A stretch of DNA of 63,988 nucleotides, counting the filler, from Choristocarpus tenellus KU-1152 (taxonomy: Eukaryota > Protista > Phaeophyceae), in assembly GCA_964200185.2 (NCBI GenBank). It is 9 parts of 9 records of this genome, joined end to end, with 100 filler letters (N's around TTAATTAATTAA, not from the genome) between each part and the next. Parts side by side here need not be neighbours in the genome. Positions count along the whole stretch, not along the records: positions 35,069 to 53,032 come from CAXNAD020000598.1; positions 53,133 to 55,742 come from CAXNAD020026297.1; positions 55,843 to 61,380 come from CAXNAD020010479.1; positions 61,481 to 63,988 come from CAXNAD020027225.1; 5 more parts are not named here. One strand, 5' to 3'. The notes beneath the pieces are model-generated. The model made no database searches, was not told the origin of the DNA, and saw nothing but the letters and a program-made list of their open reading frames with translations. This document shows positions 51,064 through 63,350 of this stretch, one piece after another (positions within the stretch are counted from its first letter, which is position 1; each line of letters starts with the position of its first letter). The position numbers were made by a program, and so were the translations under genes.

Positions 51064-54000
51064 TTTTGAGGTACTTTCGACGTCTAAGGCTAAAATGGTA
51101 TCGAAATTGGTATAGTTCGACGGTCAGGAAAGGGTGGAGTGGGACGGTTTGGAGGAACTGAGTGAATAGTCCAGATGATGTTAGAAGCCTACAATTACGA
51201 ATTTACAACCATTATTATTATTATATATTCTATTTTTATTTCCCATCTGAACTTCTATACTATGTTGCATAATACAGGTTGTTCATCCGTGGTTACATGG
51301 AACTACACAGTGTACAGTCATCCCTTCCAATATATATTGAAGAAAAATCGATGGAATAAATAGAGGGGAGTCGGGTAAAGTTCCCATCTTGAATGGAGAT
51401 ATGGTTCGGCTCAAGAGTGTTGATTCAAACAAACCACAAACATACCTTATCCAACCCTAACCCTACGTTCAAACTCTAACTCCAAATGTAACCCTATATA
51501 AAATATTTGTCCTAACCCTAACCATCTATATCACCCCCCTAATCTATCAGATTCATCAAAAAAAGGTACTGCGAACGAAATAATGCCTGTCGCATCTGAA
51601 AAATGTCAGAGGTCATAACAATAAATATAATCAGGTTGGTAATAATCTAATCCGATTTCTTGTAATAGATATATTTATAGGTATTGGTGGTATTGGTTTG
51701 GGTTTGTTTTGTGACACAATAACAAAATGTCACACAGAATAGTAATTTTTTTCTCCCCGATCTTACGATGACAGAGTAAATTGTTGTATTTGCAGTGGTT
51801 TTTGTAATATATTATATTTTTACGTCCTCCATTTTATAGGTGTGAGAGAAAAATCCAATTCAATTATCAAATGTGAGAGGGGTATAGTATGTAATTGTCT
51901 ACTATATCACGTATAATACCTACCTCATATCCATATGTGTATGATATATACCATCCCACATTTTGTAGTTGTGAGATAAAATAGTCAGTAGTAGTATAAA
52001 TCAAATATTTTTTTATACTTTTTGATATTTTGCATTTCATCTCGAAAATATCAATCAAGACATTTTCCAGATGTGTTGGAAATGCAAAATATCAAAAAAG
52101 ATATTAATAATAGTATATTCTCTGGTGTCCGTACAAAATGTCAGAGGGACTAATAATAAAACATTTACGATTTGAAGTTTAAATTGATCCATTATATACC
52201 AAATGCTTTATATGATGATACCATATGAGGTTGTGAAGAACCATGGATTTAAATGACATCTCTCAAGAGACACACCCCATACACCACTTTTCTTCATTCA
52301 TAATACCAAAATTGAAGCATTCATTTGACGTCATGTCCCCTCCATGTCATGATACCCTCCCAATAAAAATCCTCAATTTCCACCGTCCACTGTTGTTATT
52401 GTGAATGCAATGCAATATTTTATTATTATGCCCTCTGAAATTTTGCAGATGTGTCAGGGGGGAAACCAATGAAAACTATACATATGTCGTTATTTGCCCT
52501 AAAGAAATAAAATATCCTAAACATAAGAACACTATAAAAGCAATATCCAAAGCAATCTTTTTGAAGAAAACATACAATCTTAAAAAGAAATCGACCTCAA
52601 GAAAAAATTGGCGACAACGCAATTTTGTATCTTATGTTGAGGAGAATCGTATACCGTATTTTTTCATTAGAAAAATGTGTAAGGATACCAATTTCTAACA
52701 GCAAACAGGAAGTTTATGAAGTACTCTAAGTTTTGTGGGCGGAAGAATTCTGGTTGGCTGGGGGCACAAGGCAATAGGACAGTAAAGAGATAAAAGTATC
52801 AAGGCGGGCACGAAGAGCTAAAGATCGAGTGGTTAAGAAAATGGGTGGCAGACAGAGGCACAAGGGGAGAAGGAATGAAAAGTATTGAATTGAAGAGGAA
52901 ACCTCAGACTGGGAGACAAGACGAGGAGGGCTAGATCAAGAGGACCCCCGAGCAAGCTTTCCCGCCCACCCACCCTGTTGCTTGCTCACGACCGACTTGG
53001 ACCCTAGGGTGGGAGAGGAGGTCAAGTTTGGGNNNNNNNNNNNNNNNNNNNNNNNNNNNNNNNNNNNNNNNNNNNNTTAATTAATTAANNNNNNNNNNNN
53101 NNNNNNNNNNNNNNNNNNNNNNNNNNNNNNNNCCCCGACATACTTTGAGCCTTGTATTCAATTCATCGATTCATTACTAATCTTCGAAATATGATATTAT
53201 TGACACCACCTATTAGTTTTACTTGAATTATGTTGTAATAATAGTAGATATTCTGACAAGATAGAGATGAAAAAAGATAGACAAGTATCATAGAGTTGTT
53301 AGAATATCGTCTTATTCTCGTCATATAAAACAATAATGAGCCGTAATTTCCTAGTGGGAGTAGGCGATCATTGTTGCTCTTATGGGCCTGCCTTATGCGT
53401 GCCTGCATAACAACAATGAGGAAACCGTAGAATATTTTGTTGTTGTGACTCATTTGTCTCCCCCCTAGGATGAGAATATCTATTATCTATGTTTGTGAAA
53501 TGTCAGTGGATATACCTATGCATATGTATGCATGCATACATTCATTTGTATGTACCATTTTTTTGCTTGGTGAAGGGCAATTTGGGCGTGACTTTTCCAC
53601 TGTAAATATCAGCAAGCATGCAACTACCTGATTGTAAGGGAAAGAAAACATATCATTTCCCGAGGGAACACATCATTACTCAGAGACTGGTTGATGCCAA
53701 CTCAACGGGGGGGATGAGAGGAGATGGTTAATTCATGATAAATATTCTATGCTTTCTATTCACCCAGCGTGTAACAGAGGTCACGGTATGGGTATAATGT
53801 TTCACCACCGCGACTTGTTTCAACCCTAGCATAGTGCGTAAGTAAGATGTGCTACAGAGGGCAAGTCTCATACAGAGGTTTCATAAACACCTGTATGTGA
53901 TCTTGGTATAGGATATTTATTCTGTTGAACTGTCTGGCCATATTCTTTTTATCTTGCTATATCAAGACAGTGCCCACCCCAGGCAGTCCGTTGCATATGT

Positions 54001-55072
54001 ATCACAGCCTGTAAGGATTTATGCCATTCCAGTACACCAGTGCAAGAGGGCTGTCTATACAACAGTTGTATGATACATGGAGGAGATGGGCCATCGACCA
54101 TTCCTTAGATTGCATTGATGTGGGGGCAATCGATATCCATGCTGTTGGAGGTGGTGGAGATAAGGAGACAAACAATATAACACGGCTATGTCAAGGACAC
54201 AGATAAACAGGTGAACAAAGTAACAGAGAGTGCAGGCAAAGACACAGTGAGCCAAGCAAATTGATGACAGGTAGGCAGGTTTGGACCATTTGGCATTCTA
54301 AGACATACTTCTTACCCTGTGCAATACACTCTATTTCATTGCTTTATGTACACAATAGTGTACACAAAATTGATATTCCCCCTTTCCATACACAAAGTGA
54401 CATCACAATTCAGCAATCACACTTTCTGCAATAATCCAGAATTGCATATTTTTCCCCTTCCTCGGGACGCTGAAGATGCAACTCTGCCTACCTCTCAGTT
54501 GGTTAGACTCTGGTGTCCGTTTGATGCCCTTACATTGTGCTTTGAGCTTTCCAAAGGTCCATGGTGAAGTTACCCAAAAATCCCACCGAAATCAGACTTG
54601 GTCTACCTATTGTACACAGCTTACTGTAAAGCCGTAAGAAAATCCTTCCTGATGTGTATATATTTTATGTCCCTCAAACAGTTCGATGTGATTCTGAAAC
54701 TGAGGAAGTAGGTCATTGGTGCAAGAATCTCCTTCTCAACTTGTAAAACAATTCTCATTCCAAGAAGGCGTATTTTAAAAGAATATATTCAAACAATAAC
54801 TGGAGAGTTGGATGACATCACACAGGGCATGCCCACTGCGATATCAAAGTTCTGAAGCATAGGACCGTAGTTATTTCTTTTCTGTCTTTTAGGCTTCCTG
54901 CAGTTGATCGGCTGTGCACTCGTTTTTCTGTGTATCTGAGCTCGAAGGGCGTAACTCTTTGGTATGAAGTTCAGGGTGGTTCGCTACCATGAGTTGGTGG
55001 TTGCATGGACATGGTCAAGGGTAATACAGGTGTCCTCACAGAGTCTGTTGGATGGTGAACACATTTATGAAA

Positions 55073-55331
55073 GGGTCAAAGTATCTTAGAGGGTGGATCT
55101 GCGTCCATTTGGGAGCCACAATCCAATGTTGCGATTTTCATGTAATTTTGGCTATTGTGTTTGTTAGGAAGTGACAATATCCTTGTTCCGGACACACCTT
55201 TTAATGACGTATATATATAACCTACTCTAAAATGTTTCGGGGTAGGTAAAATGTCCTAAAATACCCGTGGGAAGCCTAGCCCCAAATGGACAAACAGGGA
55301 ACAACTCGTACCCTCTAAGATACTTTCACTC
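55073..55331. mobile_element. MITE copy (GGG...CTC), TSD imperfect
   Basis: Aligns by eye end-to-end with 43755-44009. Flanks GAAA / AAAG. Confidence 0.85.
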
Positions 55332-55842
55332 AAAGGAAGGATTGTGGTAATTTTCACAAGGTACTTACTATATGAGAAGAACTGTCACCATCATTACTCT
55401 GTTGCTGATGAATCACACACACATACCAGTAAAGGGAGTTAGGTAGGTTTATTCCTGTTCGCCGGGTGTAGTCGTGTGTGTCCAGTTGTGGTTGTTCTGC
55501 ACTGTGTTGTCTTGGTATTGTTTGTCAGAAGAGGGGAAGTATGAAGTTTGCTGCCTAAGGCACTTACTTGTGATGGAGGTGATTTTTTGTCCATGTCTTG
55601 AAGCGTCCTGAAAGCCTGACTGAAGTATATGTGATGTAGGACCTCCTTTGAGCAGGACCACCGGGTAGAAATGAACCTAACTGTGAAATTTTTCACCAGG
55701 GACTCCTCGTCATTGTCACACAACTCACCTTCATGTTTCATCNNNNNNNNNNNNNNNNNNNNNNNNNNNNNNNNNNNNNNNNNNNNTTAATTAATTAANN
55801 NNNNNNNNNNNNNNNNNNNNNNNNNNNNNNNNNNNNNNNNNN

Positions 55843-55906
55843 GGAAGCCAAGCCCCACAAATGGACAAACAGGGAAAAATTCGTACCCTCTGAGATAGTT
55901 TCACTC
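55843..55906. mobile_element. MITE terminal fragment at contig start
   Basis: AAATGGACAAACAGGG...GTACCCTCTGAGATAGTTTCACTC. Confidence 0.8.
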
Positions 55907-57012
55907 CTACTCCTCCACCTGGGCGGCAGACGCCGGGTCTGGATTGCCGACCCCTGGTATACTCTTCTTCCTCTTTCCTCTTGTCTTCTTCTTTCCCTTG
56001 TCCTGGTCGGCCGGGGGCCGTTTGTTTCGGACGCCCCTTAGAGTATGGGAGAACTGTCATGGAGAAGCACATGGGTAGTGGAACAGTAAGTCACATTCAT
56101 GACATGGGTGTCTGTCTCGCGAGGTGTGAACTGGACGGTACACTTTGTGGCTGATGCAGAGTCAGCAGAGGGGTAAATGCATATGCATCTATACGTTACT
56201 TGAATCGTCACGGTCAAAGATTGACTTACCCATTCCTCTGGAAATGTCTCCGTCCCGACAACATACGTCAACGAGAGTGCGTCACTATGCAATTTTTTGG
56301 CTGCCTGCTCTGAGAAGACGTGCGTAGCCACCACGACAATGTCGCGCCACCGATGGCCTTGGGGGGTCTCCCCTCTGAGGATGGCTAGTCCGGCTCCAGT
56401 GAGGACGTCAATTCACATTCTTGCGAAATACTGCTCCTTGACCTCGTCTGTGAGCTACATTTACATCAAGTGTGCGATGGTGTGTCGTTAGGAGACTGGT
56501 AAAGAATGAGGTTTGGGGATGTGGATGATTTTCGGTTAACAATGCATCGATCAGAGAAGGGCTACCAGGGGATGTGCGTAGTGCAGCAAAACCCTACGAG
56601 CTTAGGGTTCTTTGGAAACTGATGGCCTTTACCGTTCTACAGAACACATCAAATTCCTTCATTACTGTCTGCCCAATGTCAATTGTGGCGTCGTGTGGGG
56701 ATAACATAGTTGGGAATGTTTAACCCACCTTCAACCTGTAGGGGTATGTGATTTCCCTGCAGTTCTTGAGGGATTCGATGGCGGTGTCCGGGCTAGCGTA
56801 CCACAGCACAGTGAACATGTGAACCACTCTAAAGTCGAATTTATCCTAGTCAGGTGCGCATTGGGTGTGTAGAGAATAAGGTTGACATGGTCAGGACAGA
56901 AGAAGGTGGGAGCAGGAGTGGGTCTGTTGGTTGATGGCGTATGTCATAAGGTCTATAGCAATACACATGTATAAGACGTCAATTCAAGCTCAATATGCGA
57001 AGGCAGGGCATA

Positions 57013-58240
57013 CTACGGTGTTGTTGGGCCGTTAGTGATGGGGTATTGGATGTACAAATGTGGGGATGGCTGCACCGTGCTTACAGTTGACCCGTCGCGC
57101 TTCTTGTGCTCTCTCCACACACTGAGAAGGATCTCCTCCAGTTCTTTTATCTCTGGTGGAAGATAATGAGGGGAAGAAAGGGATCGGGTTGGTTGAATCG
57201 CCGACGCGGAATTAATATAGGTATGGGTGACGAAAAGTAGGCGATGCTTCACAATCGTTTCGCGAATCGTTTCCTGTGGAAGGGGCCGTGAGAACCTCAC
57301 CTTCTCCCGCGCATATGTACACAAGGGTGGCGCTCGCGTTGAAGAACTGGACAGAGATTTGGTCGGTAGTCCACCCATCCCGGTTTCCATGTGTGTGTCC
57401 TCCCAAGCTTCTTTGAGGAATGCCTTTATCTTGGCAGCTGCCCTCCTCTTAATAGCCATCTGTAACGCGGCGTCGGTACTCTGGAAGTCTATGTCACCTA
57501 GACAGTACTGGTTGCACTTGTTGACCAATGTCGCCATGTGCGTGCGACGATTAGAGTCCTCTTCTGCTTCCCGGACATAGGGGTGGAACCCGTGGCAATT
57601 GAAGTCGCGCCTATACTCCAGGATAGCAGCAACCCAAGACACCACCCAATGAAATATGTCTAGGATGTTTGGCACGTGCGATCTGCTGGCTGCAACGCTC
57701 TCTCCTATGGAGATTGATTCAGCCTTTTCCCGGCTGCAATGTGGATATATCTTCCACATGAAGGTCCTGCGGTTCTCCTCCTTGGCGACGCACTCGATTG
57801 TCCTCAACACATCTATACGGTGTTGTACATTAAGGCAAAACAGGAGGTTGTCGTTGTCTATATCCCTATCGTTGCCATTATGCTCTGTCTCCAGGTTGCC
57901 ATTGGCAATGTAGTTTTCAAGTAGCTCCCTAGAGTGCACAGTAGAGGGCACGTTTACCCTGTGCATGTCGGCTTCGAAGTCGTTTATGGTTTTCCATCTC
58001 GAGCACAGTGAAAACGGTTGCCCTCTCATCGCTGTGAACCTATTGGCGGTGACCTGTGGGTCCGGCCCCAGCTTCAACAACATGGACTCCACTCTACCGT
58101 TGTTAAGAAGGTTTGCGATGTACGTCTGTGTCAACAAGTCAGGTGTGGTGAGGTCCATTGTACACGTCGCGCTGAGGTTGGAGGTGACCAGGTCTGTGGT
58201 CTTTTGGCGTTCATTATTTTTTGGGCCTGAGACCAGCTGT
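57013..58240 (-). CDS. Orphan coding region (381-aa ORF; probably a large exon 58240-57085 of a multi-exon gene or pseudogene)
   Basis: Longest ORF in the window. The frame stays open upstream to a pyrimidine-rich CAG acceptor at 58241. In-frame donor ACT|GTAAGC at 57084. Further exon-like pieces at about 56845-56736 and 56497-56231, the latter containing a stop. No family recognised. Confidence 0.55.
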
Positions 58241-58322
58241 CTGTGAAGATAGAGGGGAAAATGTTAGGACAACAGTATCAGCTAAGGAGAAGGATATAGA
58301 CTTGGGGTGGATGCTATTGTTA

Positions 58323-58582
58323 GAGTCAAAGTATCTTAGAGGGTCGAGCCGCGTCCATTTGGGGGCCAAAATCCGATGTTGCAATTTTGATGTAATTTTG
58401 GCTATCGTATTTTGTTAGGAAGTATCAATATCTTTGTTCCGGATACACATTTTCATATTGTTCAAATTTTACCTACTTTGAAACATTTTGGAGTAGGAAA
58501 ATGCCATAAAAAAAGAAATGATAAGCCAAACCCCAAATGGACAAACAGGGCAAAACTTGTACCCTCTAAGATACTCTCCCTC
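58323..58582. mobile_element. MITE, GAG...CTC termini, 4-bp TSD GTTA
   Basis: 260 bp. GTTA at 58319-58322 and 58583-58586. Confidence 0.92.
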
Positions 58583-59459
58583 GTTAGCCTAGCACAGGAA
58601 GGGTGTATTTGTACGAACAGTGATGGAATATGTGATTAATGATGACGGGATCTGTACGCAGTGCAAGCTTTGTGTCCATGTGTGGGCTATGCAAACGTGA
58701 TATGAAAAGGGCGTAGCGATGCTGTGGACATGAGGACAGTGTAGTGCTTTCCTCGAAGACCACTATTTACTAATAAATATCGAGCAAAGATTTATGTTGA
58801 TATTTGGCAGACAGTGATTAATGAATTTGATGTGTTCTGTCGAACGGTAAAGGCCATCAATATCCAAAGAGCGGCAAGACTTTTGTGTGTGTGTGTGTCG
58901 ATTTGAAACAGTATTCCTGCGCAGGAAAACATTAGGTCGAATCTAGAAAGTGAAAGGTGAACATGAAAAGAATTTACGCACCGACGCGAGTTAGATGTTG
59001 GGAGGGCAACCATGCACAGGTTTATGCTTGACATATGGCAGACAGTGATGAATGAGTTTCATGTGTTCTGTTGAAAGATAAAAGCCACCAATATCCGAAG
59101 CGCGGCAAGGGGGGTGTATGTCCATTTCCGATGTGAACCCTATCGGAAATGTTCCAATGGTATCGAAGCCCTTACTCGTGCGTATTGAAGGTGTCACCAC
59201 GTCACCCTGGACAGACGGATATTTTGGTGCGGGAAATTGCATCGTCGAATCTTGCTTCTAGTTCGGAACAGTTGTCTGATTACTCTCAACATACGTGACT
59301 GCAACATATGTTCCATTTCGGAAAAAAGGTTCGGTCGAATTCACTGTAGTCATTTCAGATTAAAGCCGTTGAATTGATTCTATGTTGACGCGTTCGATGC
59401 GAGGCGAAATATGTAAATGGCGGATTGGGATTAGAGTTCAAAATGTGAGTGATTTATTT

Positions 59460-61012
59460 TGTTACCACTGCTGACAGCTGGTGTGTACACGGTTTTACAG
59501 GTAATAAATATATGGGATCGGATTTGAAAATGTTGGTGACACCACTATCTGAAGCTGGTGAGTACACGGTTATAAAAGAAACAAATACAGGGTATCGAAT
59601 TTGAAAATGCTGGTACTATCCCTGCTGACAAGTGGTGTGTACACGGTTGGAAACGCAAATACGTACAGGGCATCGAATCTGAACATGTTGGTATTATCAC
59701 TGCTGGCAGCTGGTGTATACACAGTTGTAAAGGTAAAAAGAACAGGGCATCGAATCTGAAAATGTTGGTATTACCACTGCTGACAGCTGGTGTGTACACG
59801 GCTATATAAATGTAACAAATACAGGGTACTGAATTCGAAATTGCTGGTATTGTCACTGCTGGCAGCAGCTGGTGTGCACGCAGTTGCAAATGAAAAAAAT
59901 ACAAGGATCGAATCTGAACATGTTGGTATTACCACTGCTGACAGGTGGTGTGTACACGGTTGAAAACGCAAAAAAAACAGGGCATCGAATCTGAAAATGT
60001 TGGTATTACCGCTGCTGGCAGCTGGTGTGTACACGGTTATAAAGGTAACCAACACAGGGTATTGAATTTGAGAATGTTGGTATTACCGCTGCTGACAGCT
60101 GGTGTGTACATGGTTGCAAACGCAAGTAAATACAGGGCATCGAATCTGAAGATGTTGGTATTATCACTGCTGACAGCTGGTGTCTACATGGTCGGAAACG
60201 TAAATAAGTACAGGGCATCGAATCTGAACATGTTGGTATTTCCACTGCTGGCAGCTGGTGTGCATGCGGTTGGAAACGTAAATAAATACAGGGCATCGAA
60301 TCTGAAAATGCTGGTATTACCACTGCTGGCAGCTGGTGTGTACGTGGTTGGAAACGAAATAAATACAGGGCATTGAATCTGAAAATGTTGGTGTTGACGA
60401 ATAACCTAGTGTTATCCTTACGTTGGTTGTGCTGACACAAGTATACGACATAGGTTATACGTACGTTTATATTTGGTTAGGTATGATACAGCATACGTAC
60501 GTATATAAAATATAATAAGTCAACATTAATCCACACGTCAGTGATGATGGATGGTTGATAGGCAATTAATAATTCAGTGTGTGCTTTACCATGTAATTCA
60601 ACTGCTAGCTTCGGGCGACGAGTCTCATGTGCGCCAAGCTTCTCAACAGGTGTTACCACTGCTGGAAGCTGATGTGCACACGGTTGGAAACGCAAATAAA
60701 TACAGGGCATCGAATCTGAAAATGTTGGTGACATCGCCATCTGAAGCTGGTGAGTACACGGTTGAAAAGGTACCTAATACAGGGTACTGAATTTGAAGAT
60801 GTTGGTATTGCAACTGCTGACAGCTGGTGTGTACACGGTTGGAAACACAAATAAGTGCAGGGCATCGAAGTTAAAAATGTTGGTATTACCACTGCTGACA
60901 GCTGGTGTGTACACGGTTGTAAAGGTAATAAATACAGGGCATCGAATCTGAAAATGTTGGTGATACCGCTATTGGCAGCTGGTGTGTACACGGTTGTAAA
61001 GGTAACAAATAC
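59460..61012. repeat. Tandem array (minisatellite) of ~78-79-bp units, ~16-17 copies, split by a solo LTR
   Basis: Consensus approx. AATGTTGGTATTACCACTGCTGACAGCTGGTGTGTACACGGTTGGAAACGCAAATAAATACAGGGCATCGAATCTGAA. Confidence 0.93.
60395..60648. mobile_element. Solo LTR with 5-bp TSD GGTGT
   Basis: 254 bp with TG...CA ends. GGTGT at 60390-60394 and 60649-60653. Internal TATATAAAA. Removing it and one TSD restores the repeat unit. Confidence 0.75.
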
Positions 61013-61518
61013 AACCACTTGGGTGCACCATCATGTCAGCCACATGCTAATACATGCTACGTGAACGGACGAAAGCCGCAACATCCGCTAAATCATGAAG
61101 GTGTGTTTGTGATATTGGTCAGTCAGAGACGCTCCAGTATAGGCTGCACGAAGGGTGAACGTTTCTTGTATGGGGACTCACCTTCTGGTTCCCTTTGGAG
61201 GCATGGCGGGTCGTTATCATGAATCTGCGGTGTGATGGGTGTGGTCCTCTCGAAGAACTGCGACAACGATTCCTCTATATTGTCCAGGCCCGTTGGTTTT
61301 TTGTCGAGATAGTGAGTGAGTGTGGGGTTTGTTGCATATGTGGTTTGGCGAAAGTTTTTTTGTTATGCACTATAATATAANNNNNNNNNNNNNNNNNNNN
61401 NNNNNNNNNNNNNNNNNNNNNNNNTTAATTAATTAANNNNNNNNNNNNNNNNNNNNNNNNNNNNNNNNNNNNNNNNNNNNAAAAAAAGGGGAAAAAAAAA
61501 GGTGTTTGACTGAAACGG

Positions 61519-61552
<34 letters not shown>

Positions 61553-62399
61553 AGATACTTTGACCCTGGTCCATAAGTGTCCTATTTGTAGGCGTGCACA
61601 TTTTTAGAAACCAACTGAACTCTGATCACTATCTTTGTTGAGTGATCTGTGTAATAGTGTTGTTGTAGGCAGACAGCTCAGCACAGTTTGTGATTGTTCA
61701 TCATGGCATTGTTTTGTGAAGGTGCCGATCAAGTGCAAGAAGGCGGTGCCTCCTGGTTATAGGTATCATCGCCTCCTGGTTATAGGTATCATCCTTTGTC
61801 GAAGCAGAAAACACTCAATTGTTCAAGCTGTTGTGATTGCTTTTATGTATCCACCGAAATTTTTGTGCACAAATCTAATGAACTTTGACCCTGCCAGGTG
61901 CAAAGATTCGTCCACCATTCTTTTTGTGTTTGTGCATAGAATAAGAATAAGAATGTTATCATAGAATAAGAATGTGATCCAGTTACTGTGGCAATATGGG
62001 GGGAGGGGAAACTACTGACAGTATAATGTATTCACCTTGTGTCGTCCTTGATTAGTCTTGTAATATGATACTGGTGCGTCACATAGTGGCCATGGCCTGT
62101 TTTCCCTATTTCTTTTCCTGCTTCACACTGCACCCAACTTCACTCTCTTGCAAAAAAAATAAATGTACTGACAGGTGAAACAAATGCTGGGAATCAAGGC
62201 AGCCCCTTTGGTCTTGATGTATTCCATGGGACAGCAAGTAGAGCGGTTCCATTGGAGTCCTTCAATGGATGAGGAGTTCTTCAAGGCGATGGAGAAACAA
62301 ATGCATTCACGATCACTGACACCACCTGCAAATATCTCTTTGTCAGAAGGGCTTGGTGTTGATCTAGATTTAGATCTTGGAATGGACATATAATCTGGA

Positions 62400-63350
62400 A
62401 TTGGTTGCAGATATCACTTTTCCAAACCTGAATTGGAAGTATTGCCACTAGGCAAGAGCTTAAATAGGCTGTTGGTCATTCAAGTGCTGGAGACACAAAC
62501 TTGGGATATAGATTGAAGCAAAACAATACGTGCGTTTGTGTTGAAGCAACACCTGTTTGGGTGATGTGGAGATAGATTGGATGAAGTAGCCGAGGTTGCT
62601 TTCAGGGCAATTGCTTCACATTTTCTAAATCTGATGTAGAGGTGATTCAATTGGTGTAATGGTCCTTGTATTGTTTCCAATTCCCCCCTCCCAATTTATA
62701 TGGAGGTGTCAATTATATTTTTTGCATGTTCACTTGTGTTTGAAACATGGGCAACACTTCATGCTAAGAGCAGTAGAGGCTTTAGAGCACCTTCTACCCT
62801 CTGTTGTCGAGCTTACTTAGCTGGCTGGATTATGAATAAGAAAATGCATTCAAAGAGTCTGTGGGGGGGTTGTCAAGTTATATACTTAGGAGTTAGTTTA
62901 ATTATATAGTCTGTTTGTGTGCGTCTGGAAGAAATGCAATATGGGGAAGAAGGGAAAGTGAATATATATATGCTGGAGTTGCTTTTTTTTTCTATGTTGA
63001 TGGAGCAAAAAAGATTTTGATGTATGACACTTGTGGTTTTAGCACATATTTTGTTCAAACCAAAGCTAAGTGATTTTGTAGTGCTTTGAAGTAGGTGTGT
63101 TATACTCACATAGTAGTGTGATGGGGGAATTTCGGGACTGTTGTTGCAGAACATGATGTGTCAAAAGGAGAGGTTATGGTCGATGGTAGAAATTGGGCTA
63201 TCTTGGTGATTGCCAATGAGGAAAAGAGTGTGGTTGGTAAAATTGTGTGTTGTTACGGGAAGAGTGGCTGACAGTATAAGGGATATAATCTATACCACAT
63301 TATACTGTGTGTCAAAACATTGAGATATCACTGATCCACTGTTCCATTGG
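62400..63350 (-). mobile_element. Highly decayed non-LTR retrotransposon RT remnant
   Basis: Minus-strand GNHQDSPISTIDHNLS (about 63170-63220) resembles the RT GxxQGxPLSxxxFNL motif. It is followed by SFGLNKICAKT. Confidence 0.3.

Noticed and set aside
54300-55742. PIF1/Helitron helicase remnant (NFDIAVGMPCVMSSNS on the minus strand)
   Set aside because: One weak motif only. No Walker A or Rep motifs were seen.
59460-61012. CRISPR-like array
   Set aside because: Whole units are homologous with no unique spacers, there are no cas genes, and the context is eukaryotic. The same applies to 7800-8061 and 919-1023.
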